Below are positions 10,964 through 19,922 of a stretch of DNA of 35,154 bases, piece after piece (within the stretch, counting starts at the first letter, position 1; each line of letters opens with the position of its first letter). This stretch comes from Octopus bimaculoides. Lineage: Eukaryota. The stretch is taken from assembly GCF_001194135.2 (NCBI RefSeq), contig NC_068982.1:6076070-6111223 (forward strand), read 5' to 3'. The position numbers and the translations under genes are program-made. The notes under the pieces are model-generated. The model saw only the letters and a program-made list of their open reading frames with translations. It was not told the DNA's origin and ran no database searches.

Positions 10964-11018
10964 GCAGCTACGATGAAATGAATTCATGTTTCGTGTAAAT
11001 AGTCGAATCACTTGAAAC
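10964..11018 (+). pseudogene. Possible degenerate 5.8S rRNA core
   Basis: GCAGCTACGATGAAATGAATTCA and TCGAATCACTTGAAAC resemble 5.8S GCAGCTAGCTGCGAGAATTAATGTGAATTGCA and TCGACACTTCGAAC, and lie between the 18S-like and 28S-like relics. Confidence 0.4.
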
Positions 11019-11068
11019 CCGAAGATATATTTCTATCACCAAAAGGCAATATTCTTTTAGTCTTGGCT

Positions 11069-11289
11069 TTCTTTTCTATTCTAGGTACAAGGCCCGAAAT
11101 TTTTTTGATGGGGAGGAGGCCAGTCGATTTGATCGACCCCAGTACGCAACTGATACTTAATTTATCGACCCCGAAAGGATGAAAGGCAAAGTCGACCTCG
11201 GTCGAATTTGAACTCAGAACGTAAAGACGGACGAAAAACCGGTAAGCATTTCGCCCGGCGTTCTAGCGTTTCTGCCAGCTCGCCGCCTT
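11069..11289 (-). mobile_element. SINE family B, full length
   Basis: Matches the family B consensus from tail to head (GCCGCC at 11282-11287). Confidence 0.88.
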
Positions 11290-11292
11290 ACT

Positions 11293-11467
11293 ATATTCTT
11301 TTCTACTCTAGGAACAAGGACCGAAATTTTGGGGGAAGGGACCAGTCGATTAGATCGACCCCAGTACGCAACTGATATTTAATTTATCGACCCCGAAAGG
11401 ATGAAAGACAAAGTCGACCTCGGTGGAATTTGAACTCAGAACACGACAGACGAAATACTGCCAAGCA
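11293..11467 (-). mobile_element. SINE family B, 5'-truncated
   Basis: Second tandem copy of the same consensus lacking most of the head. Confidence 0.85.
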
Positions 11468-11510
11468 TGTAATTATTTTCAATTCCAATTACAATATTTT
11501 AGTGAAAGCA

Positions 11511-11617
11511 AGACGGCGAGCTGGCAGAGACGTTAGCACGCCGGGCGTACTGGGGTTGATCTAATCGATCGGCTCCCTCCCCCAAAATTTCGGGCCTTGT
11601 GCCCAGAGAAGAAAAAG
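11511..11617 (+). mobile_element. Internally deleted mini SINE B with 18-bp TSD
   Basis: Head joined directly to tail (GGGCG|TACTGGGG). AATATTTTAGTGAAAGCA at 11493-11510 and 11618-11635. Confidence 0.85.
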
Positions 11618-12010
11618 AATATTTTAGTGAAAGCACGAACTATTTTGAAAAGCAATGTTCTGTTGCATAATTACCATATTATTAGATTATTCACTAAAGA
11701 TATGATTAGTGTTGTAATATCTGACATTATATTTACGAGAGATATTAGCTTTTCGCCGTTCTCTGAAGTTGTTTAGCAGGCTGTAAGTGTAGTAAGCAGG
11801 TGGGAAGTAATGAGAACGGATCAACTTGGAATAGGATTATCTTTATTTTCATTGTTTTACATGTGATTTCAATACAGGTTGGCTCAGAAGGTTAGATCTG
11901 TCTTGAAAGTCAAGAGAATGAACTTAAAACCAATTGCAAAATACATGAAACTGTATATATGAATTATATAAAATTATGTACTATTTTATCTTTAATCTTT
12001 TAGTCTTGGT

Positions 12011-12101
12011 TTTATTTTATACTCTAAGCACAAGGCCCAAAATGGGGGTTTTTTGCTGAGAGAAGGCCAGTCGATTAGATCGACCCTAGTACGCAGCTGA
12101 T
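12011..12101 (-). mobile_element. SINE B 3' fragment
   Basis: ACTCTAAGCACAAGGCCC..CAGTCGATTAGATCGACCC. Confidence 0.8.
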
Positions 12102-12135
12102 AGCCATAACATGCCGGCTGCGAAATAGCATCGCT

Positions 12136-12630
12136 AGGTGAGACTGGCTGAAACTTAAGCAGCATCGCTGATTGACAGGTAGCGGTCTCCTTCATGGCGC
12201 CCCCTCCTCCTGGTTCGAAGGCTTGTACCACCAGAGATCGTCGGCTCTGGCTGCTGGAACTGAAACTAACACGACACTGTTGGAAGGCAGGTTTTGAGAA
12301 GGCGCGGGCTAAGATTACACGCCCTTCCATTGGTCAGTTCAAGTTTAGACAGTGTCACGTGACAACTTGCTGGTGCTGGCTGCTGGAGCCTACCAGCGAG
12401 TATTTGAAGGAAAATTTGACAGGATGATCAGTCACCCGCATCGAAGAGGCCAGGGAACAGAAGAAAGAAGGAGAAAGAAGAAATGCACTCAACACCAGAG
12501 CTGAAGACACCACCGAAAAATGGTCGAGGAGTAGGGGCCGAAACCGAGCGTGGTTCCTCCTGAAGATGTCTTTAGCCACTAGATCCTATCTGTTGAGCTG
12601 TTGAGGTAGCAAACCACGAAACACGGTTGG
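12136..12630 (+). pseudogene. Degenerate, massively deleted 28S rRNA relic
   Basis: Collinear LSU motifs: GCTGAAACTTAAGCA 12147 (cf. CCCGCTGAAYTTAAGCAT), GGAACTGAAACTAAC 12256 (cf. GGAAAAGAAACTAAC), AGTATTTGAAGGAAAATTTGACAG 12399 (cf. AGTACCGTGAGGGAAAGTTGAAAAG), CCGAAAAATGGT 12513 (cf. CCGAAAGATGGT), TGGTTCCTCCTGAAG 12551 (cf. TGGTTCCCTCCGAAG), CCACTAGATCCTATCT..TAGCAAACCAC 12576-12617 (cf. CCACTGTCCCTATCT..TAGCGAAACCAC). Confidence 0.65.
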
Positions 12631-12632
12631 AA

Positions 12633-12994
12633 TTCTTATCCTTTACATGTTTCAGTCATTAGATTGCGGCCATGCTTGAAGAATTTTTTTTTGTCGAATG
12701 AATCAATTCGAGTAATTTATTTTTACAACCTGGTACGTATTCTATCGGATTCCTTTGTCGAACCGCTAAGTAACGAGGACGTAAACACATCAACACTGGT
12801 TTTTAATCAGTGATGAGAAACAGACACAAAGACAAACACACACACACATACTTATATACGACAGGCTTCTTTCAGTTTTCGTCTATCAAATCCACTCACA
12901 AGCTATAGTAGAAGACACTTGCCCAAGGTATCACGCGGTGGGACTGAACCCGGAACCATGTGGTTGGGAAGTAAGCTTCTAACCACACAACCAC
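12633..12994 (-). mobile_element. SINE family A with small internal deletion
   Basis: Family A tail, (CA)n and head, with about 20 nt missing after CCACTCACA. Confidence 0.85.
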
Positions 12995-13020
12995 CTTTAG
13001 GGTATCTATGAGAAAGTTAT

Positions 13021-13023
<3 letters not shown>

Positions 13024-13066
<43 letters not shown>

Positions 13067-13095
13067 CTCTCTCTCTCTTTCTTTCTTTCTCTCTC

Positions 13096-13126
<31 letters not shown>

Positions 13127-13133
13127 TTCTCTC
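13024..13133. repeat. (CT)n/(CTTT)n microsatellite
   Basis: Direct reading. Confidence 0.95.
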
Positions 13134-13304
13134 ACTCTGTTAATTATCGTAATTTACGGAAGAAGAAAATTGTAACTTCTACAATATTGGAGTTTGCATC
13201 AAATGGTGCTTTATTCTTAAATAATTGTATCTTAATCCTTAAATAAGTGTAACATTTTAGAAATTTCTGTCATACCATAATTCCAGTTGTGTCACAATGA
13301 TAAA

Positions 13305-13361
13305 TTCTTTTATTCTTGTATTTCTTTCAGTCATTTGACTGCGGCCATGCTGGAGCACCGC
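13305..13361 (-). mobile_element. SINE A 3' fragment, followed by a T31 run at 13371-13401
   Basis: CAGTCATTTGACTGCGGCCATGCTGGAGCACCGC. Confidence 0.8.
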
Positions 13362-13367
13362 TATGAA

Positions 13368-13402
<35 letters not shown>

Positions 13403-13872
13403 TGGTTCGGGTATTTTAACATCTTTATTGCATTTATTAGACCCGGCAAATTTTTATGATGGAAACTGATTGAATTACAGGCTTTTTTTTTCTTTTTTCA
13501 ATTTTTAACATCCAAATGTCAAGATTCTCACCCACAGTTGTTGTTGTTTTAACATTAAGTGGAGACTTCGTGCTGATATAGCTATTTCACATTTATAGGG
13601 GATAAATCCCTACAAATGTGAAATAGCGATATGATTGAACTATTTCTGTGACTTAGTCATAAGAGATGCTTGAGAAACTAGTTGCTCACTGAAATATAAT
13701 ATATTTATCATATTCTCGCATGTCATTTTTCAGTGTCTCCAAACGACATAAATCTCTGAAGTAGAAATGATAAAGATTTCACCGCACTACTCCAGAATTC
13801 TGTAACGATTCTTCCAAATCTCTATATAGTTACCTAAAGCTAGTCTTCAAAATTTCATTATTAGTTCTGTAG

Positions 13873-14293
13873 ATAAGGCGGTGACCTGGCAGAAACGTTA
13901 GCACACCGGGCGAAATGCTTAACGGTATTTCGTATGCCTTTACGTTCTGAGTTCAAATTCCGCCGAGGTCGACTTTGCCCTTCATCCTTTCGGGGTCGAT
14001 AAATTAAGTACCAGTTACGCACTAAGGTTGATGTAATCGACTTAATCCTTTGTCTGTCCTTGTTTGTTCCCTCTATGTTTAGACCCTTGTGGGAAATAAA
14101 GAAATAAGAAACATTAGCACGGCGGGCGAAATGCTTAGCTGTCTTTACGTTCTGAGTTCAAATTCCGCCGACATAGATTTTGCCTTTCATCCTTTCGGGG
14201 TCGATAAATTAAATACCAGCTGCGTACTGGCGTCGATCTAATCGACTGGTTTCCTCTCTCATAATTTCTGGCCTTGTACTCAGGGTAGAAAAG
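13873..14293 (+). mobile_element. Tandem SINE B dimer (alternative-tail copy plus standard-tail copy) under one 16-bp TSD
   Basis: ATTATTAGTTCTGTAG at 13857-13872 and 14294-14309. The first copy ends in a different tail (TTAATCCTTTGTCTGTCC..). Confidence 0.85.
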
Positions 14294-15004
14294 ATTATTA
14301 GTTCTGTAGTTCTTCAAAATAAAATATGCGTGAAGCAGGGAAGCGCAATTTTTATTAGATACTTTCTTTTCTTCATGAAATTGTAAAGATGAAACAAGAA
14401 AGAGAAAAAATATATGCCAAACAATCTTGGTGGCCTCATTACCATTCCCAGTTTAGCCTGGGAAACATTATAACTCGATTCAGTGACTCACTAAAAAGGC
14501 TATTTATTTTGTTATGCTACTTGTTTATATATTTTTTATTTGTCAGGTCGTTCATTATTTTTTTTTTTACTAGAGATTCAAAGTCTGTTTGGAAAATATA
14601 AGTTCTAGCTGTCATAGAGATAAATCTAAGAATGCGTGATGGAACAGAGAGGCTGGTGCTAACCTGAAAGTACGGGGGCTTTAAATAATCACAAACGCAC
14701 GCACATGTGCACAAACACACATATGCATTTATGTCTTTAAAATTTATATATGCGTGTGCGTGTATACATATGTATACATATATATTGTATATACACACGG
14801 ATATATATATACATACACGCATGCGAAGGTTATATAGAAAGCAATGCCAAGACGGGTATAAGTATTTTAACAATTGACATTGATCGTTCAAATTTTGATA
14901 GAATAATTATTCTTCTATACAAAGTTACTACTCAACATAGACTCTTTCATAACTGATGCATTTGTGCCATCGTTGAGCCCAATTTTCGAATTCTCTTTGA
15001 AATA

Positions 15005-15238
15005 TTGGGTTGCTGCATAATTATTGCGGCTTTTTTTTTCAACAATAACAACAATATTTAACAAAAACATCTTTAAATGATGGTCTTACTGTCTGCCAAG
15101 CAAATGGGAAGCAGTAATTGAAGTAGGTGGTGAATATGCTCCAGAATAATCATTTAAAATGTTTTTGTTACATGTTGTTATTGTTTTTGCTGAATAAAAT
15201 TTATTGAAAAAAGCCGCAATAATTATGCACCAACCCAA
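15005..15238. mobile_element. Mariner-derived MITE
   Basis: TIRs TTGGGTTGCTGCATAATTATTGCGGC and GCCGCAATAATTATGCACCAACCCAA (25/26), TA at left. The core encodes the transposase C-terminus LPSKWEAVIEVGGEYAPE-stop. Confidence 0.88.
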
Positions 15239-15240
15239 TG

Positions 15241-15373
15241 TGTACACCTTAGTAGGCACTTCTTCACAACCACTCTCATCTCGCCTGTGTCATCCAAACA
15301 TTTTCATCGAATACTCTCTTTCATTGGACTGAAAACGTTGAAGTCGGGAGAGCGCCAGATCCGGGCTGTACGA
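15241..15373 (-). mobile_element. Mariner transposase fragment (YSPDLA..DF region)
   Basis: Minus strand SYSPDLALS, frameshift, then DFNVFSPMKESIR. Confidence 0.8.
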
Positions 15374-15629
15374 CTATATTTTGTTCCGCATACGTCTCTC
15401 CTGGAGCAATCATAGTATAAACATTACCTTAGTTGTCTTCATTTTTATTGTCAGTCCAAAAGTAGGCACAGGAAAACAGTCTCATAATTTTCTGAATATC
15501 TTGTTCCGAGTGAGTCACAAGCTCACAATTGCCAGCATACTTCTAGAAGCAGAATTATAATGTCATTGGTTTAGCTATAAAACGAATCAGAATAAACTAA
15601 TGCTGAGCGATGGCGGACAAAGTTGTATA

Positions 15630-15792
15630 CACCACACTTCTTAAACGCATGATCAATCACTGGATCGACCTGCCCGGAAGGGCGCATATCTGCGCCCTCC
15701 CTACAAGCTTCTCCACGACACGCGTCAACCTTTTTGCTAACACCTTGGCCAAAATCTTTAACTCTACATTGAGTAGAGTTATGGGCCTTTGT
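15630..15792 (-). mobile_element. L1/Tx1-like reverse transcriptase fragment
   Basis: QRPITLLNVELKILAKVLAKRLTRVVEKLVGRAQICALPGRSIQ is homologous to the RT at 31680-31830. Confidence 0.85.
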
Positions 15793-15873
15793 TCGGCTAG
15801 ACGGGGCGCTGCTAAATTCCCGTTCGAATTATATATAGTTTTCAAAGTGACAACTAGTCACTGATTTATAAAT

Positions 15874-16177
15874 TAGAAAATTACTATTTTTTAATCTCAC
15901 AACGTGAGATATTCAGCAACAGTATTTTGGAGTAAAGATTGTTTTCCAACATAACATGGCAGTCCTGGTTTAGGACTAATGTTGCTGTAATTTAGCCCCC
16001 GGAGACGTCGTCTCCAGCTGGCTATACGACATGAACTGTGTCCTTACATTTTCAAACAAGGGAATCTAGCACCCCCACCCAGCTCAAAACAATATATCTA
16101 TAAATCAAAACAATATATTTATAAAGTACTGTTGATGAATATCTCAGGTTGTGAGATTCAAAATTAGGTATTTTCTA
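15874..16177. mobile_element. MITE-like element with long imperfect terminal inverted repeats
   Basis: 15893-15924 versus the reverse complement of 16127-16158 match at 30/32, extending about 19 bp outward with mismatches. No TSD identified. Confidence 0.6.
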
Positions 16178-16249
16178 ATCTGTGGGTCTGTTCAACAATC
16201 ACATAATATTCACTGCTCTCAGTCATCCCAGCAGTGAAAAGTTACGGCC

Positions 16250-16425
16250 CTGCAATAATTCTTGTTTTGAAATGTTCCATCCTAGATAAATTAGGGTCGA
16301 GCAATTTCTGGTGTAAGTTATACTTGATGCCAGAAAGTTCAAATATTTCTGAGTTAGTTTCATCAAATTCATCCATGTGTTTACGTGTCTTGAATTCCAA
16401 CATATTGGTAGCAATGGAATAACAT
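16250..16425 (-). mobile_element. RTE(BovB)-like LINE EN-RT linker fragment
   Basis: LEFKTRKHMDEFDETNSEIFELSGIKYNLHQKLL resembles the RTE motif TRKHQDWFDEND.EI..L..K..LH. Confidence 0.55.
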
Positions 16426-17198
16426 TACAAAGTTTCATTGTGATCAGACAGAGGAGGTATTAACTAGAGCTTCATGAAAAAATGCAAATATTGCTGAGTC
16501 TAAGAGTTTGCCAATTTCCAGCTGTTTCGGAACTTAAGAATTATTTGTTGTAAACTTTTCTCTAATAATCAGCTACAGTTTTACCGGTTCTAAGTAATCA
16601 CCTGTCCAACACAGCTTCACTCCAAAATTAAACGCAGCAGTAATTACAGCTGTCACGTTTTCGCATTATGACAAAGTAATTTTATGCCGGAAATTCTGGC
16701 GAAACAATATAGTGTCTGCCGGAACACACCGTAACTGCAACAGCTGTATAGAACTACCATTCATTCTACCGATGCCGAAACATCCTATGCTGTAAACTAT
16801 GCATGTCGCCGTGAACTGCGCAGAATAGTGCACGCTTTTAGCAATACATTCGTGTTTCCTTTCATTGTTTGCATCTAAGTTTTTAAATTAATTGTTGTAA
16901 ACTACATGTCTCGCCGTAGATTGCGCAGCTGGACGTGTAAAGCAATGCTAGGGACGTCATTTTTAATCTCTCCCCATAAGTAGATGAGCAGTAGCTTCCC
17001 TAACACAAAGTTGCTCAGTTACAAACGATTCTACTCTGGCTGATAGTAAATATCATTAAAAATCACCTTCAGAACTTATGATGCAGTCTTACAAACGTCC
17101 AAGCATACATTTTAGAACACAAACAGATACGTAAATACATTCACGCAAGCGCATACGCGCATATATACGCATACGCAAGCTATGTGTATATAATTATA

Positions 17199-17392
17199 TC
17201 CTTTTATTTGTTTCAGTCATTTGACTGCGGCCATGCTGGAGCACCGCCTTTAGTCGAAAAAAATCAACCCCAGGGCTTATTCTTTGCAAGCCTAGTACTC
17301 ATTCTAACGGTCCCTTTTACCGAACCGCTAAGTGACGGGGACGTAAACACACCAACATCGGTTGTCAAGCAATGTTGGAGGCACAAGCACAA

Positions 17393-17439
<47 letters not shown>

Positions 17440-17472
17440 TATGATAAATAGTAAATATTATATATACTATAT

Positions 17473-17506
<34 letters not shown>

Positions 17507-17696
17507 GATAAATAGCAAATATTATANNNNNNNNNNNNNNNNNNNNNNNNNNNNNNNNNNNNNNNNNNNNNNNNNNNNNNNNNNNNNNNNNNNNNNNNNN
17601 NNNNNNNNNNNNNNNNNNNNNNNNNNNNNNNNNNNNNNNNNNNNNNNNNNNNNNNNNNNNNNNNNNNNNNNNNNNNNNNNNNNNNNNNNNNNNNNN

Positions 17697-17739
<43 letters not shown>

Positions 17740-17985
17740 TATGATAAATAGTAAATATTATATATATTATATATATATATATACATATATATGATAAATA
17801 GTATATATATATATATATATATACAACAAGCTTCTTTCAGTTTCCGTCTATCAAATCCACTCACAAGGCTTTGGTCGACCCGAGACTGTAGTAGAAGACA
17901 CTTTCACAAAAGTGCCACGCAGTGGGTTTGAACCCGGATCCATGTGGTTGGGAAGCAAGCTTCTTATCAAATAGCCACGCCTGCG
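17199..17985 (-). mobile_element. SINE family A with expanded internal AT-rich micro/minisatellite spanning a gap
   Basis: 3' half at 17199-17395 and 5' half at 17826-17985. The unit ACATATATATGATAAATAG is repeated between them. Confidence 0.8.
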
Positions 17986-18003
17986 AGTTTGTGCATAATT
18001 CGT

Positions 18004-18215
18004 TTCTATTCAAGGCACAAGGCCCGAAATTTTTTGGGGAAAGGGCCAGTCGATTAGATCGACCCCAGTACGCAACTGGTACTTAATTTGTCGACCCCAA
18101 AAGGATGAAAGGCAAAATCGACCTCGGTAGAATTTGAACTCAGAATGTAAAGACAAACGAAATATCACTAAGCATTTCGCCCGGCGTGCTAACGTTTCTG
18201 CCAGCGTCCTGCCTT
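18004..18215 (-). mobile_element. SINE family B, full length
   Basis: Consensus match from tail to head. Confidence 0.88.
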
Positions 18216-18869
18216 GACTTCGTACATAATTAATAAAATTATAATAAACGTGGTGTTAAATATAAACATCCAAATGGAAATCATATAAAGAATCTTACAA
18301 ATATAATCCTAATCAACGGTTCAAATGAAATTACAAGAATTCTCCAACCATCTTAGCTTTTATGGAAGCTCGTCTGAGATCCTTTAGTCGATCTGCAAGT
18401 GTTTCAACTCTGCAGAATAGATTTTCAAATGGAAAACGTTAACAAACTGTTACAAAAGGAAAGAACATCACTGTGTGTTGCAAGGCAGACGACCGCGATT
18501 AAATAACAAAGGTACAACGCAACTTTGTTATGAAAAGATGTATATATATTGAAACCGTATACAGAGCGGTTTTATAAACATATATTCAATTTCACTGTGA
18601 AAATACAACCTGTGGATAAATCACAGAATTTAGGGCAGCCATGAATGCGGAAACTTCCAATTAGTCCCCTCGTGCTTAAATTTGAATATTATTTTATTAA
18701 ACATACTCTATATGATTTCCTGATACGTACATACTTACATATATATATTCATATATGTATGTATATTTGTGCATAAATATACGTATACACATCTATCTAC
18801 ATATATATTGTGTTTGTTATATATAAGAAGTGAGAGTGCTCAATAACGGTTTAGTAGAGTCTATTATAA

Positions 18870-18907
<38 letters not shown>

Positions 18908-19422
18908 GAGAGACAAAGGAAAATAAGACAAGGTAGAAAATGCTAGAATAATTTTATCATGAAAAACATTTTAGTACCGGTTTCAATGTTTGCGGCTTTT
19001 CAACTTAGAGTAAAGTATGAAAAACAATTGGGGAAAAATTAAATGAAATGTTTTTAAAAAATATTTCCTTAGTTTTCAAATGCAAGGGACATTTTCCTCT
19101 TTTCTCTGTCTGACTCCATCTTTGGTTTTTTTTACTCTCGTGGGTTCTAGGTGGTTAATAGCAGCTACTGTGATATGAATTCTAGTTTTCAGAAATCCAA
19201 TTTCATATTCGACAATATTCCCAAGAAATATACGAAAAGGAACATATGTGATTCTATTTTCTTAAATCGCTAAAACAACTCCTTTGCGATGCAAGTGGTC
19301 TCTCTCTCTCTCTCTCACTATATACGCACATACGCTAACACACATATACAGGCATACGGACGCACTTACATGCAGATACATACATACAAACATAGAACAC
19401 ACACACTCACGTGTATATGCGT

Positions 19423-19795
19423 GCGTGTAGGTGAATAATTCAGGGTTCAATCCTACTGCGTGGCACCTTGGGCAAATATCTTCTACTATAGCCTCTGGCC
19501 GACTAAAGTCTAATGAATGGATTTGGTAGACGGAAACTGAAGGAAGCCCGTCGTATGTATGGGTATATACATATATATATCTGTGTGTGTGTATGTGTGT
19601 GCTTGTCACCCACCACCGCTTGAAAACCGGTGCTGTTGTGTTTACGTCCTCATAGCTTAGTGGTTAGGCAAAAGAGACTGATAACATACCAGACTTTAAG
19701 AAAATAAGTACTAAGGTCAACACGTTCGACTGAAATTTCAAAGTGGTACCTCAGCTTGACCGCAGTCAAACGACTGAAAGAAGTAAATGATAAAA
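19423..19795 (+). mobile_element. SINE family A, diverged, A box lost
   Basis: GGGTTCAATCC..GCACCTTGGGCAAAT..internal microsatellite..GACCGCAGTCAAACGACTGAAA. Confidence 0.8.
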
Positions 19796-19881
19796 CACAT
19801 ACATATATATGCATATATATATTACATATATATATATCTTATATACACACATATATATGCATTTACATATCGATATGTGTA

Positions 19882-19922
<41 letters not shown>

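Noticed and set aside
11069-11635. CRISPR-like or tandem array
   Set aside because: The repeats are adjacent SINE copies in a eukaryotic context, with no repeat-spacer periodicity.
12194-12427. 77-aa ORF MAPPPPGSK.. as a host gene
   Set aside because: No recognisable domain, and the segment is better explained by collinear 28S motifs.
8407-12630. Contaminant contig as the source of the rDNA-like sequence
   Set aside because: It is continuous without gaps and interrupted by host SINEs, one with a clean TSD, so it is integrated in the host genome.
13512-13575. Possible further 28S remnant (CAAATGTCAAGATTCTCACCCAC versus CAAGCGTTGGATTGTTCACCCAC)
   Set aside because: Short and isolated in AT-rich sequence, so it could be chance. 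Worth revisiting only if cmsearch extends the LSU hit.
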